64,000 nt of DNA, from contig CAMDGG010000002.1 in assembly GCA_945898045.1 (NCBI GenBank), positions 19,231 through 83,230 on the forward strand, written 5' to 3'. Shown here one piece after another: positions 39,590 through 50,235 of the stretch. Both the position numbers and the translations under genes were made by a program. Under the pieces are notes generated by a model, which worked only from the letters and a program-made list of their open reading frames with translations, did not search any database and was not told the DNA's origin. Position 1 is the stretch's first letter. Each line of letters opens with the position of its first letter. Source of the stretch: a bacterium UBP8_UBA817 (lineage in GTDB: Bacteria > Margulisbacteria > Marinamargulisbacteria > SXXA01 > SICP01).

Positions 39590-40603
39590 ATGATCAAAAA
39601 AAGTTTTTCAGTACAACGTCAATCTTTGCTTTCAATTTTCTATCAACAAGGGTTCGAACCTCGAAAACGATTTTACACACTCATCGGTCTTCCTTTTAGG
39701 GTCTTATTTCAGATTTGCCGAAAAATACCTTTTTTTCCCACATCCTCAACAGCCCTATTTTATAGAGGGGATAAGTCATACCCATTTAAATTTGACATTG
39801 CCAAAAACACCCAATTTGAATCCATTTTTATGAAGGCTTATGAAAATGGATACGAACCAGAAATAGGTGCTGCCATTGATTTACTTTTACCTAAAGAGGG
39901 CATTTTATATGACATTGGTGCGAACTGGGGTCATCATAGTTTTTACACAGCAGCCAACAAAAATTTTACTGGAAAGATTTATTCTTTTGAACCCTTCCCT
40001 TCTTCTTTCAATAACCTCTCCAAACTAGTTAAACAATTTAACTTGCAAGACACCATATACCCCGTCAATATCGCACTCTCCAATAAAACCAGCTTCGTAA
40101 ACATGGAAATACCCAGAGGATTGAGCGGTCGTGCAAAAATTACTTCATTAGCCTCATCCCAGGGAAAAATAAGCGCACAGCCATTAGATACTCTCACGCT
40201 TTCAAAACCAGATGTAATGAAAATAGACGTCGAAGGCTTTGAACATGAAGTCTTAATAGGAAGCATCCAAACTATAAAAAAACATCAGCCCCTAATCATC
40301 ATTGAAAACTGGAAAAGCACTACTTACGGAGAAACGCTTAAACCACTAGAACTATTAGAAAGTTTAGATTACAACTGCCACATTTTAGGATGGGAATTAC
40401 AAGACAAAGAAACAAATGAACCGATCATTCTGCATTCTCTCTACGATATCAACACGAATAAATTCAAAATCAATCTAATACTCATTCCATTCCATTCGGA
40501 ACTAAGATTTTTGTTTGATAATTTACTTAATATACTGGCCCTTCCGAAAGGATTCATAATACCCGAATCAATTTCAGTGTACAAAAAAAGTCCTGCGCTA
40601 TAA
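39590..40603 (+). CDS. FkbM-family methyltransferase
   Basis: YDIGANWGHHSF and MKIDVEGFEHEVL. Confidence 0.7.
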   Translation: MIKKSFSVQRQSLLSIFYQQGFEPRKRFYTLIGLPFRVLFQICRKIPFFPTSSTALFYRGDKSYPFKFDIAKNTQFESIFMKAYENGYEPEIGAAIDLLLPKEGILYDIGANWGHHSFYTAANKNFTGKIYSFEPFPSSFNNLSKLVKQFNLQDTIYPVNIALSNKTSFVNMEIPRGLSGRAKITSLASSQGKISAQPLDTLTLSKPDVMKIDVEGFEHEVLIGSIQTIKKHQPLIIIENWKSTTYGETLKPLELLESLDYNCHILGWELQDKETNEPIILHSLYDINTNKFKINLILIPFHSELRFLFDNLLNILALPKGFIIPESISVYKKSPAL

Positions 40604-41527
40604 CGAAAGATGCTGCTTAATCCAAGCTTGCCCTTCCTCAATAGTATGAAATTCACCCGCAATCTGAGCCGCATAAATCTGTTTCAAAAGCGTCCCCATT
40701 TCTGAACCCGCCTTCACACCTAAGGCCTGCAAATCTCTCCCTAAAATAATCGGCTTAGGTTTCTTAGACGCTTCTACTTTTCTAGCAATCGAAGACGGCA
40801 TACCAAAATGAGCTACCATCATACCCAGCACATCATTCGGATAATCAGCCAATCGCACGATGCCCAATTTTTCTGCCGCAAAAAGCCCCAAAACGGGCTT
40901 CTTGGAAAGCAAAATCATCTTCCGAGTCTCCGCCCATTTGCGATCATTTGAAATATCTTCTAATGAAAGGGAGCTGCACAACGCGACTGTCTCGGGTGCA
41001 ATATCCAGTTCAAATCGGGCCGAAAATTGCATTGCCCGAAACACCCTCAGGGGGTCTTCTGAAAATCGAGGCCCCACATGCCGAAAGAACCGTCTCTCCA
41101 AGTCATTCCGGCCCCCAAACGGATCCAAAAACTCACCCGTTTCCATCACAAATCCCATGGCATTCATCGTAAAATCCCGACGCGACGCCGCCTCTTCAAA
41201 AGACATATCCCCATCTGCTTCAACTTCAAAATCCACATGCTTCTTGCCAGTTTTACGTTCTCTGCGTGGCAATGAAAAATCAATCTCCAGACCATCCACT
41301 TTCATTTTCACAACAGAAAAAAAGGCCCCCACCAAATTCACCTTTCCAAAAGCAGCCAAAATCCGAACCAGTTCGTCATAAGAAGCAATCCCAAAAACTT
41401 CTACATCAAAATCAGTAACAGGTATTCCCAACAACGAATCTCGAACACACCCGCCCACTAAAACAGCACGCCCCCCTAATTTATGAATTGCTTGTGAGAT
41501 TTTGGCTAAGCTTTCAGGAAAAATCAC
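40598..41527 (-). CDS. cca: CCA-adding tRNA nucleotidyltransferase (minimal class II head and neck)
   Basis: GGCVRDSLLGIPVTDFDVEVFG and the RRDFTMNAM motif. Confidence 0.8.
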   Translation of the reverse strand: MIFPESLAKISQAIHKLGGRAVLVGGCVRDSLLGIPVTDFDVEVFGIASYDELVRILAAFGKVNLVGAFFSVVKMKVDGLEIDFSLPRRERKTGKKHVDFEVEADGDMSFEEAASRRDFTMNAMGFVMETGEFLDPFGGRNDLERRFFRHVGPRFSEDPLRVFRAMQFSARFELDIAPETVALCSSLSLEDISNDRKWAETRKMILLSKKPVLGLFAAEKLGIVRLADYPNDVLGMMVAHFGMPSSIARKVEASKKPKPIILGRDLQALGVKAGSEMGTLLKQIYAAQIAGEFHTIEEGQAWIKQHLSL

Positions 41528-42687
41528 AATAACCCTTCATGCAACCAAGAGACGAGCGACCGAATTTTGACTCCATTAGGATATGATTTTTCTCGATTAC
41601 ACTCCAAAACCAACTGCACTCGATTAGGAACCTCAATTTTATTCTCAAAATAAGAAAACTGGGAACTCAAATTCATATCAGCATATTTTACTTCAAATAA
41701 TGAATGAGGCACTTGATTCATAACTACTAGAAAATCGATTTCCTTGCCCTCTTTAGTACGAAGAAAATGTAAACTCCCCTTTATGCCTTTCGTATCTCTC
41801 AAAAAAGAAAGATCTCGATAGAGAGATAAAGCAACCAAATTTTCAAGTTTAGCCCCTTCAGAATTAGGAAAATCAACACGGCAATAGTCATAAAAATAAT
41901 ATTTAGAATCTTTTAAAATGGCCCTCGCAACATTCTTAGAATAAGGAGTCACACGAAAAATAATATACAAATTCTCCAAAAGCTGAAGCCATCTCTTCAC
42001 TGTATTGGCATCACATTCCAAATCACGAGCCAAATTGCTATAAGAAACCGTTGAACCTACCCTGCGAGACAACAACTCAATCAATAACTCAATTTTTTTA
42101 ATATCTCGAATCGTCGCCAAATCAATCAAATCTTCTCGCAAAATCACATCCAGATGACTCTGCTTCCACCGATCATAAAAAACTTTATCTCCATTCAAAA
42201 AAGGTTCTGGAAATCCACTACACTCCCACAATCGACGAAACGCTTCTTTAGGTTCAAACAAAACCAAGGCTTCTTTAAAATCAACAGGAAATAAACTGTA
42301 CTGAAAAAAACGACCCGCCAAAGAATCCCCTACTTTTTTGTACGTATCTAATTTGGCGCTTCCAGTCACAAGCCATCGAGGAGGAATACCCTGCACATCA
42401 TAAATACCTTTTAGCCATCTCTTCCAAGAATCCATTTTATGAACTTCATCCAATATGACCAAAGAACTATCACGACGCCAAGATGCTTCCTTGAGGGCTA
42501 TACGATCAGGCGCATAATCATAGTTAAAATAATCCGCATTAGGATAAAGACCCCGAGCCAACGTCGTTTTACCTGATTGCCTTGGACCAGAAAGCAAAAC
42601 AATTTTTGTTTCTAAGTCAGTCAAAATATACGAAACTAGGGATCGATTCATTAACGACCATTCTGACATAAATTCCGTTTTAGTCAA
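41524..42687 (-). CDS. COG1373-type AAA+ ATPase (AAA_14 plus DUF4143), paralog of 24290-25528
   Basis: Walker A SGPRQSGKTT and Walker B LVILDEVH. Translationally coupled (ATGA) to cca. Confidence 0.7.
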   Translation of the reverse strand: MTKTEFMSEWSLMNRSLVSYILTDLETKIVLLSGPRQSGKTTLARGLYPNADYFNYDYAPDRIALKEASWRRDSSLVILDEVHKMDSWKRWLKGIYDVQGIPPRWLVTGSAKLDTYKKVGDSLAGRFFQYSLFPVDFKEALVLFEPKEAFRRLWECSGFPEPFLNGDKVFYDRWKQSHLDVILREDLIDLATIRDIKKIELLIELLSRRVGSTVSYSNLARDLECDANTVKRWLQLLENLYIIFRVTPYSKNVARAILKDSKYYFYDYCRVDFPNSEGAKLENLVALSLYRDLSFLRDTKGIKGSLHFLRTKEGKEIDFLVVMNQVPHSLFEVKYADMNLSSQFSYFENKIEVPNRVQLVLECNREKSYPNGVKIRSLVSWLHEGLL

Positions 42688-42761
42688 GACTATTTCGGAA
42701 TTGATATCTAAATAGACAGAAAAACGTTGACACTCACGCCCACCTAAGCTAGGTTACCAAT

Positions 42762-44165
42762 ATGTCCAAAAATACACTCTATGATAAAGTCTGGGACCTC
42801 CATAAAGTGGCCACATTACCCACCGGACAAGACCAACTTTTTATCGGCCTACATTTAATCCACGAAGTCACTACGCCACAGGCATTCGCCTCTCTTAAAG
42901 AAGCCGGTGTACCCGTTTTGTTACCTAAAAGAACGTTCGCAACCATAGATCACATCATTCCTACACAAAACCAACAACGTCCATACCAAGACAATCAAGC
43001 CGAATTAATGGCCACCACATTAGAAGACAATGTCAAAAAATTTGGCATTCAATTCTTCGACACCAACACGCAAAAACAAGGCATTGTCCACGTTATCGGC
43101 CCAGAACTCGGTATTACGCGTCCCGGCATGACCATTGCCTGCGGAGACAGCCACACCAGTACACATGGTGCATTTGGATCACTTGCATTTGGTATTGGCA
43201 CCACCGAAGTGGGCCTTATCTTAGAAACCCAAACACTTCCTTTATCACGACTTAAAGTACGCCGCATCACTGTCAACGGCACCCTCCAAAAAGGTGTGTA
43301 TGCCAAAGACGTCATCTTAAAAATTATCCAAGTCCTAGGCGTCAAAGGCGGCATCGGTTATGCCTATGAATTCGCCGGTTCTGTTTTTGATAACATGACC
43401 ATGGAAGAACGCATGACCGTCTGTAACATGAGTATCGAAGGCGGCGCCAGAATCGGCTACGTCAATCCAGACGAAACCACTTTCACCTATTTAAAAGACA
43501 GAGAATTCACGCCAAAAGGTCAAGCCTTCGAAGACGCCAAAACCTATTGGAAATCCATCGCCTCAGACAGCGATGCCGTTTACGATGACGTTGTCACTAT
43601 CGATGGGAATACAATTCAACCTATGGTCACCTGGGGCGTCACCCCCGGCCAATCCGCCAGCGTAACAGACACCATTCCCTCTCCAGAAAGCCTTCCCGAA
43701 GACGCCCGGAAAAACGCCGAAGAAGCCTACACCTACATGAAATTAAAACCCGGCATGTCCATGCAAGATATTCCTATCAACGTTGCATTCGTCGGTTCGT
43801 GCACCAACTCCAGAATCTCAGATTTAAGAGAAGCGGCCAAAATTTTAAAAAATCACAAAGTACATCCCAACGTCAAAATGCTCGTTGTACCTGGATCACA
43901 ACCCATCAAAAAACAAGCCGAAGCAGAAGGCCTTGATCAAATTTTCAAAGCTGCCGGAGCCGAGTGGCGAGACGCTGGCTGCTCGATGTGCCTTGCCATG
44001 AATCCAGATAAACTCATTGGCGACGAAATCTGTGCCTCCTCTAGCAACCGAAACTTCATGGGACGCCAAGGCAGCCCCACCGGACGCACACTCTTAATGA
44101 GTCCCGCCATGGCCGCTGCAGCTGCAATCGCTGGACACGTCACCGACGTAAGGACTTACTTATGA
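42762..44165 (+). CDS. leuC: 3-isopropylmalate dehydratase large subunit
   Basis: Aconitase-family Cys ligand motifs ([15 protein letters not shown]), 467 aa. Confidence 0.9.
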   Translation: MSKNTLYDKVWDLHKVATLPTGQDQLFIGLHLIHEVTTPQAFASLKEAGVPVLLPKRTFATIDHIIPTQNQQRPYQDNQAELMATTLEDNVKKFGIQFFDTNTQKQGIVHVIGPELGITRPGMTIACGDSHTSTHGAFGSLAFGIGTTEVGLILETQTLPLSRLKVRRITVNGTLQKGVYAKDVILKIIQVLGVKGGIGYAYEFAGSVFDNMTMEERMTVCNMSIEGGARIGYVNPDETTFTYLKDREFTPKGQAFEDAKTYWKSIASDSDAVYDDVVTIDGNTIQPMVTWGVTPGQSASVTDTIPSPESLPEDARKNAEEAYTYMKLKPGMSMQDIPINVAFVGSCTNSRISDLREAAKILKNHKVHPNVKMLVVPGSQPIKKQAEAEGLDQIFKAAGAEWRDAGCSMCLAMNPDKLIGDEICASSSNRNFMGRQGSPTGRTLLMSPAMAAAAAIAGHVTDVRTYL

Positions 44166-44764
44166 GCACGTCTGCAAACAGAGTCACTATCAAAGGCACC
44201 GCCGTTGTCATCGAAGGCAACGACATCGACACCGACCGCATTGTTCCCGCACGTTTCTTAAAAGAAATTACGTTTGAAAATATGGGCGACTATCTCTTCT
44301 ACGATGTTCGATTTAATGAAGATGACACACAAAAATCACACCCACTAAACGAACCACAAAATCAAAAAGCAGCCATCATGATCGTCGGAAAAAACTTCGG
44401 TTGCGGCTCATCAAGAGAACACGCAGCCCAAGCGATTTTGCGATTCGGTATTCAAGCCATCATAGGTGAATCATTCGGCGAAATTTTTGCAGGAAATTGC
44501 AAATCTGTCGGTATTCCAGTACTCACCTCTACACCAGAAACGTTAGCGTCTCTTAAAAAAATTCTAGAAGAAAAACCAAGCACGTCAGTCACCATCGACC
44601 TCGTCGATAAAACCGCCGTCCTAGAAAATCACTCATTCCCCATCTCCATCGTCGAAGCCTGGAGACAAGCGTTCTTAAATGGCTCCTGGAACGCACTCGC
44701 TATACTAAAAGCTAACACAGATAAAATCAAAGCACTCGACGCATCGCTTTCGTATAAATTTTAA
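44162..44764 (+). CDS. leuD: 3-isopropylmalate dehydratase small subunit
   Basis: [13 protein letters not shown]. Coupled to leuC. Confidence 0.9.
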   Translation: MSTSANRVTIKGTAVVIEGNDIDTDRIVPARFLKEITFENMGDYLFYDVRFNEDDTQKSHPLNEPQNQKAAIMIVGKNFGCGSSREHAAQAILRFGIQAIIGESFGEIFAGNCKSVGIPVLTSTPETLASLKKILEEKPSTSVTIDLVDKTAVLENHSFPISIVEAWRQAFLNGSWNALAILKANTDKIKALDASLSYKF

Positions 44765-44823
44765 GATCCAGAACAAAACACAACCAAGTTGCACCCACAC
44801 TAGAATAAGAAACTATTTCTTAA

Positions 44824-44906
44824 GGCCCCCTAAACCCCCCTAAAGGGGGACTTTGAAAATACGAATATGTACCCCTTCCCTTTTAGGGGAAGGCTGGTAT
44901 GGGGCC
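44824..44906. other. GC-rich structured element. An outer inverted repeat GGCCCC/GGGGCC encloses two hairpins (CCCCCCTAAAGGGGG and CCTTCCCTTTTAGGGGAAGG), located between the convergent genes leuD and rsuA-like.
   Basis: Inverted repeats read directly from the sequence. The GC-rich island is embedded in AT-rich DNA, and there is no canonical U-run after either hairpin. Confidence 0.45.
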
Positions 44907-45067
44907 TAGTCTGAAACAGTGAACAACAGTTTTTATAAACATATTATTCTAGTGCCATTAAGACCTCTGGGGGTATCCTAAATCAGAAAGAATAGCCTGG
45001 CTATTTGATAGTCCATTATCATTTGGACATGTCTTTTTGATAGTTGACTGTAAAATAGCCATCCAAT

Positions 45068-45793
45068 TTATTCACTCGCTTGGTATTTTGGCTTCCCAAA
45101 TTCCCTAAGCAACACCAACTCATCCGGATGCAATTCGCGAAATTTATCGGGCGTTAATGTATCAATCGATACTTTCCCAAACCGAACGCGCTTCAACTCC
45201 AAGACTTTCGCACCCAACATTTCCATCATGCGCCGAATCTGACGATTTTTCCCCTCAATCATGGTCAATCCATACTGTTTCGGCGTTATCATTTTCACTT
45301 TTATGGGCTTGGTCATTTCACCAAACAACAACATTCCAGTCTCTAGTTTTTCTTGCATAATCGGCGTCAAAATACGGTCAATCGTGACGTGATAAATCCG
45401 CTCATGAGCCTTGCCAGCATTTAATAAACTATTCGCAAATACACCATCATTCGTGAGTAAAATAAGCCCTTCGGATTCTTTATCCAAACGACCAATCGCA
45501 TGTAGATTTTTATATTTAGGTGGCAACAAATCTTTAATTTCTCTCTCACCCCGTTGCGGCAAGTTGGTCACAATGCCACGAGGCTTGTAGTAGGCCAAAT
45601 ATTTGTGTTGTTTTTGAATCGCCCGAACGTGCGGAGACAACTCAATCTTATCTCGAAATGGATCAACCATCGTGCCCAGCGTCGTCACCACTTCGCCATT
45701 TACTTTAATCCAGCCCTTCAATAAATACTCTTCCGCTTTACGGCGTGACAAAATCCCTTCTTGTGACAAATGTTTCTGAATACGTAATTTCAT
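45068..45793 (-). CDS. RsuA/RluB-type pseudouridine synthase with an S4 domain
   Basis: S4 domain LSQEGILSRRKAEEYLLKGWIKVNG and catalytic GRLDKESEGLILLTNDG. Confidence 0.85.
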   Translation of the reverse strand: MKLRIQKHLSQEGILSRRKAEEYLLKGWIKVNGEVVTTLGTMVDPFRDKIELSPHVRAIQKQHKYLAYYKPRGIVTNLPQRGEREIKDLLPPKYKNLHAIGRLDKESEGLILLTNDGVFANSLLNAGKAHERIYHVTIDRILTPIMQEKLETGMLLFGEMTKPIKVKMITPKQYGLTMIEGKNRQIRRMMEMLGAKVLELKRVRFGKVSIDTLTPDKFRELHPDELVLLREFGKPKYQASE

Positions 45794-46728
45794 GCGCCCG
45801 CTTGCTCCTTAATATCTACCAATAAAGTCTTTAAAGTAGGCAAGGCCGAAACATAACCAAAATCTTCTGGGCGCACCACATCATATTCAAAGTGAGGATT
45901 TTCAATCAAATATCTTTCCCATGTTCCGAGCTTAATTCTGAACCATTTACACAGCACAAAAACAAACTGAGATGTAATCCTAATATGAAACGGAATAGAC
46001 ACCCCAAAGACCTGCCCTAAAGTCCGAAACACTTCACGCGCAGTCACTACAGGATGTCCTAAAACATACGCTTTTTTATCCAAAGGCTTAAATAACATCG
46101 CCTCCACCATAGTCGCCAAATCTACTGCATGCATAAAGTGAAACGACACATCCACATCAAAAAAACGAAGCCATTTTAAGTACCGCAAATTAGGCACAAC
46201 CCCTTCGCTAATATGCGAATACGGATGCGTTTTATCCCCACCAAAAACCATCGTCGGAAATACCGTTACAATACGCTCACAAGCAGGTGATTCTGGAAGC
46301 AACGAATAGGCTTTGTATTTAGAGCGTACATACCCTGATCCAAATTCACCCGCAGCCGCAATAGGCAAATTCCCTGGCCCTAAAATACTGGCCGTCGAAA
46401 AATAAACAATGCGTTTTGCACGTGTACACAATGCAAAAAGCGCGAGGGTCTTATCAACATTTGAAATCCAAACCTGCTCAGAATCGCCCCAAGAGGTCGC
46501 GATATGCACCACATAATCCATCTCAGACAACACATCAGCCAACGTCTCAATATCCGACATATCACACCGATGAATAATAATATTGGAATATAGTTTTGCA
46601 TCAAACTTCAGGCGACTCTTTTCACGCAAAAGCAAATGCAATTCGTAAGCCGGATTGCCTACAAATCGATCCAAAAGATAGTGACCAATACATCCCGCTG
46701 ATCCAGTAATAAAGAGTTTTTCTGCCAT
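45790..46728 (-). CDS. NAD-dependent epimerase/dehydratase (SDR) family protein. The true start is MAEKLFITG; the ORF-track extension to 46998 is probably not translated.
   Basis: Rossmann motif ITGSAGCIGHYL and catalytic YVRSK (YxxxK). Confidence 0.7.
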   Translation of the reverse strand: MAEKLFITGSAGCIGHYLLDRFVGNPAYELHLLLREKSRLKFDAKLYSNIIIHRCDMSDIETLADVLSEMDYVVHIATSWGDSEQVWISNVDKTLALFALCTRAKRIVYFSTASILGPGNLPIAAAGEFGSGYVRSKYKAYSLLPESPACERIVTVFPTMVFGGDKTHPYSHISEGVVPNLRYLKWLRFFDVDVSFHFMHAVDLATMVEAMLFKPLDKKAYVLGHPVVTAREVFRTLGQVFGVSIPFHIRITSQFVFVLCKWFRIKLGTWERYLIENPHFEYDVVRPEDFGYVSALPTLKTLLVDIKEQAGA

Positions 46729-46792
46729 CGCGCTATGATAAGTGCAAAGTGCCCAATACACAAGAAATGCCCTAAATGATAGAATCAACTTT

Positions 46793-48034
46793 ATGCAGAA
46801 TTTATTAATTACAGATTTTATCCCACACCGATATCCCTTTTTACTCATCGACGCACTGATCGAATGGGAAAACCGCAAACGCGCCGTAGGCATCAAAAAT
46901 ATTTCCCTCATGGACCCTTGGATGCAAGGACATTTCCCACAACATCCCATCATGCCAGCAAGTATGATCATTGAAGCTATGGCCCAAACAGCCGCCACAA
47001 TCTTCTCAAAAGACCCAGAATTTTCTACCCAACTTCCACTCTACGACGAACTCAAAAATGTACACTTCAAAAAATCAGCCTACGCCGGCGATCAGCTCAG
47101 ACTTGAAACAGACGTCATTAAGCTCAAACCCAATGAAATTAGCGTAGAAGCCAAGGCATTGGTAGACGGAAAAGTCATCGCAGAATGTACATTCATCTAC
47201 GCTATGACCAGCAAAGCATCTCGCCCACACATTCATCCCACCGCCTCTGTTCACGCGTCTGCCAGCCTCGGAAAAGACGTCGTCGTCGGCCCGTACACCA
47301 TGATCGGCGAAAACGTGATCATTGGAGACCGAACCGTTTTGGAAGCCAATATTTTGATCGAACGCGATACGCAAATTGGCGAAGATTGTCACGTCCATTT
47401 TGGCACGGTGATTGGCTCCAACGCACAAGATTTAAAATACAAAGGCGAACGCACCGCCGTTATTATTGGTGATCGAAACGACATTCGAGAATACGTCACC
47501 ATTAACCGATCTACAGGCAAAGACACGTCCACGGTTATAGGCTCAGACAATATTTTCATGACCAGTGTCCACATCGGACATAATTGCGTCCTTGGAAATA
47601 ACATTATTATTGCAAACACCTGCAACCTTGCTGGCCACTGTTTTGTAGAAGATCGGGCCATTATTGGCGGCATGACCGGCATCCATCAATTTACCCGCAT
47701 TGGCAAAGGGGCCATGGTCGGCGGATACTCACGCATTACACAAGATATAGCGCCCTTTACATTGTGCGAAGGCAATCCGGCTGTAATCCGAAATATCAAC
47801 GCAATCGGGCTCAAACGTAGCGGATCTTCTGCTAGCGAAATCACCGAAATCAAACACATCTTCCGAACTATTTTCAGGTCCAACAAAGTATTTTCAGAAG
47901 CAAAAAAAGATGTGCAAGCACTCACACCAATATCTGAAAACGCCAAACATTTAATCGATTTTTGCTTAGCCGATTCGCCTCGAGGCCTAACCCTCAAAAA
48001 AGAAGCATCCGACACAGAAACCATAACCGATTAA
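46793..48034 (+). CDS. Apparent FabZ-LpxA fusion (3-hydroxyacyl-ACP dehydratase fused to UDP-GlcNAc O-acyltransferase)
   Basis: N-terminal FabZ hot-dog region (ITDFIPHRYPFLLID, GHFPQHPIMPASMIIEAMAQ) runs without a stop into an LpxA hexapeptide-repeat region with an LpxA-like C-terminal helical domain. Confidence 0.75.
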   Translation: MQNLLITDFIPHRYPFLLIDALIEWENRKRAVGIKNISLMDPWMQGHFPQHPIMPASMIIEAMAQTAATIFSKDPEFSTQLPLYDELKNVHFKKSAYAGDQLRLETDVIKLKPNEISVEAKALVDGKVIAECTFIYAMTSKASRPHIHPTASVHASASLGKDVVVGPYTMIGENVIIGDRTVLEANILIERDTQIGEDCHVHFGTVIGSNAQDLKYKGERTAVIIGDRNDIREYVTINRSTGKDTSTVIGSDNIFMTSVHIGHNCVLGNNIIIANTCNLAGHCFVEDRAIIGGMTGIHQFTRIGKGAMVGGYSRITQDIAPFTLCEGNPAVIRNINAIGLKRSGSSASEITEIKHIFRTIFRSNKVFSEAKKDVQALTPISENAKHLIDFCLADSPRGLTLKKEASDTETITD

Positions 48035-48035
48035 G

Positions 48036-49139
48036 ATGCAAAACCTACTAATTATCGCCGGAGAAGTATCGGGCGACCAATACGCCAGCAAGCTTGCCGA
48101 AACCCTAAAAAAACGAGATCCTCAACTAAATCTCCACGGCATCGGAGGCACACAACTTAAAGCCCAAACAGACCACTTCGTCTACGAAAGCGCTTACTCC
48201 CATGCCATGGGAAATTGGGAACATTGGAAAAAAAGACATCAAACCAAAATTCTGTTAGAAGCCCTCGAAACCTATCTCAAAACCACCCCTATCGACAAAG
48301 CCATTCTCATTGATTTTCAACATGCCAATTTCCAAATTGCTACTATTCTCCAAAAATATAACATTCCGATCTACACGTTTATCAGCCCCAACTTTTGGAT
48401 CTGGAATGACACCCGGAGCGCCAAAAAAATTGCCAAATACAGCCACACCATTTTCACCATTTTTGAACAAGAATATCAGCTCTATCACCCACTCCATCCC
48501 AGAGTCTATTATTTCGGACATCCGCTTCTATCACTTCGTCCACCCATGACAGATCCTACGCAAACTAAAAATCGCCACACCCTCACACTATTTCCTGGCT
48601 CCAGAGACCAAGAAATTCACTACCACTTTCCAGCCATGCTTAAAACCATACAAATCCTACAAAAAAATCAGGCTACTCATCCCATCCAAATAGCCGTCAT
48701 GAATCCCACCATACGAAAATTGATCAATCACTATCTCAAAAAATATCCCATTCAAAACGTACAATTTAAAGACGCTACATCACCCGATCTCCTGACAGAC
48801 ACAATGCTACTTCTCTGCGTCGCGGGAACTGTCACGCTCGAAGCGTTACTTACCTACACCCCCATGATCGTTTTAGGCGCTGTCTCCCCTATCACATTCT
48901 GGCTTGGAACCCATATCCTTAGAGTCAAACTCCCCCGAATTGCGCTCCCGAACATCGTCATGGAACAAACCATCATTCCAGAATTTATACAAAATTTTGA
49001 TCCCGAAAAAATTGCAGAAACCATAACAAAACTAGACACTAAAATGCTGGATCGCTATCCAGAAATCCTCAAAAAATTCACCAAAGATCCCAACCCGTTT
49101 GAAAGTATCGCCACAGTACTCTTAAAGGAGAAATCATGA
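48036..49139 (+). CDS. lpxB: Lipid-A-disaccharide synthase
   Basis: N-terminus MQNLLIIAGEVSGDQYASKL and the GT19 pattern. Confidence 0.85.
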   Translation: MQNLLIIAGEVSGDQYASKLAETLKKRDPQLNLHGIGGTQLKAQTDHFVYESAYSHAMGNWEHWKKRHQTKILLEALETYLKTTPIDKAILIDFQHANFQIATILQKYNIPIYTFISPNFWIWNDTRSAKKIAKYSHTIFTIFEQEYQLYHPLHPRVYYFGHPLLSLRPPMTDPTQTKNRHTLTLFPGSRDQEIHYHFPAMLKTIQILQKNQATHPIQIAVMNPTIRKLINHYLKKYPIQNVQFKDATSPDLLTDTMLLLCVAGTVTLEALLTYTPMIVLGAVSPITFWLGTHILRVKLPRIALPNIVMEQTIIPEFIQNFDPEKIAETITKLDTKMLDRYPEILKKFTKDPNPFESIATVLLKEKS

Positions 49140-49483
49140 ACCTTAAAACATTTACCCTTGTTGAACTCTGCATTGTACTCAGCGTCATAGGCATATTGGC
49201 CATTATTATCGTCCCGAAAGTCGCTTCAACCACAAAAGAAACCAATCAAAAAGCACATAAATTTCAACGACAATTTATTAATACACAGCTCGAACTCTAT
49301 CACTTTCAAAACAATACATTCCCGATTCCAAGCGGAAATTTATCCGCATGGACCGACAATTTTAAGGATTATTTTCCGCAAGGGGTTCCCACAAAAGATG
49401 TCTACGGATATGATTGGGAAATCAATGCCCATGGCCAAGTAAACCTAGACGCCATGGAAGCCAAACACGGCAAACTCGAATAA
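49136..49483 (+). CDS. Prepilin-type (type IV pilin or pseudopilin-like) protein
   Basis: N-terminal FTLVELCIVLSVIGILAIIIVP matches the prepilin cleavage and methylation motif, with Glu at +5. Coupled to lpxB (ATGA). Confidence 0.6.
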   Translation: MNLKTFTLVELCIVLSVIGILAIIIVPKVASTTKETNQKAHKFQRQFINTQLELYHFQNNTFPIPSGNLSAWTDNFKDYFPQGVPTKDVYGYDWEINAHGQVNLDAMEAKHGKLE

Positions 49484-49511
49484 ATTACCAGACAAGACCA
49501 AGGAGATTATT

Positions 49512-50156
49512 ATGCAATTTTTCATCGATACAGCAGACATCAGCGCCATTAAAAAAGCCAACGACATGGGCCTAGTTGACGGCGTTACGACCAACCCCAC
49601 CCTCATCAAAAAAGCAGGCCGCGATCACGAAGCCACTATCAGAGAAATAAGCGACCTCATCTCAGGCCCAGTCTCTGTAGAAACCATCAGCGAAGATGCT
49701 GCAGGCATGCTAAAAGAAGCCAAAACCTACCTCAAATGGGGCAAAAATATCGTCATCAAAGTCATTATGTCCCCAGAAGGCATGAAAGCCGTCCGCGAAC
49801 TCTCCAGCCAAGGCCACAAAACCAACGTCACCCTCTGCTTCTCCCCACTCCAAGCCCTCATCGCAGCCAAAGCCGGCGCCACCTACATCTCTCCCTTCGT
49901 CGGCAGACTCGACGACATCAGCCACTACGGCATGGAACTCATTTCTCAAATCCGCGACATCTACGACAACTACGAATTCGACACCCAAATCCTAGTCGCC
50001 AGCGTCAGAAGCCCCATCCACCTACTAGACGCTGCAACCATCGGAGCAGACGTGGCCACAGTTCCACCCGCAACCCTCATGCAAATCTTTAATCATCCGC
50101 TAACAGAAAGTGGGATTAAAGCATTTTTGGAAGATGCGAAGGCTTGGCAGAAATAG
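49512..50156 (+). CDS. Transaldolase-family fructose-6-phosphate aldolase/transaldolase (Fsa/TalC type)
   Basis: MQFFIDTADISAIKKANDMGLVDGVTTNPTLI; 214 aa. Confidence 0.85.
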   Translation: MQFFIDTADISAIKKANDMGLVDGVTTNPTLIKKAGRDHEATIREISDLISGPVSVETISEDAAGMLKEAKTYLKWGKNIVIKVIMSPEGMKAVRELSSQGHKTNVTLCFSPLQALIAAKAGATYISPFVGRLDDISHYGMELISQIRDIYDNYEFDTQILVASVRSPIHLLDAATIGADVATVPPATLMQIFNHPLTESGIKAFLEDAKAWQK

Positions 50157-50235
50157 GATTGCAATCCTAATAAATAGACGTTTTAATAGGATCGCACTAC
50201 GTTAATACACGAAAAAGAAAACCTCAAGAAAGAAT

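Noticed and set aside
45790-46998. ORF-track 402 aa version of the epimerase gene with a Cys-rich N-terminal extension (MAAVWAIASMIILAGMMGCCGKCPC...)
   Set aside because: The extension overlaps the divergent fabZ-lpxA gene start and promoter region. The Rossmann motif begins right after an internal Met (MAEKLFITG), so the shorter 45790-46728 gene is far more plausible.
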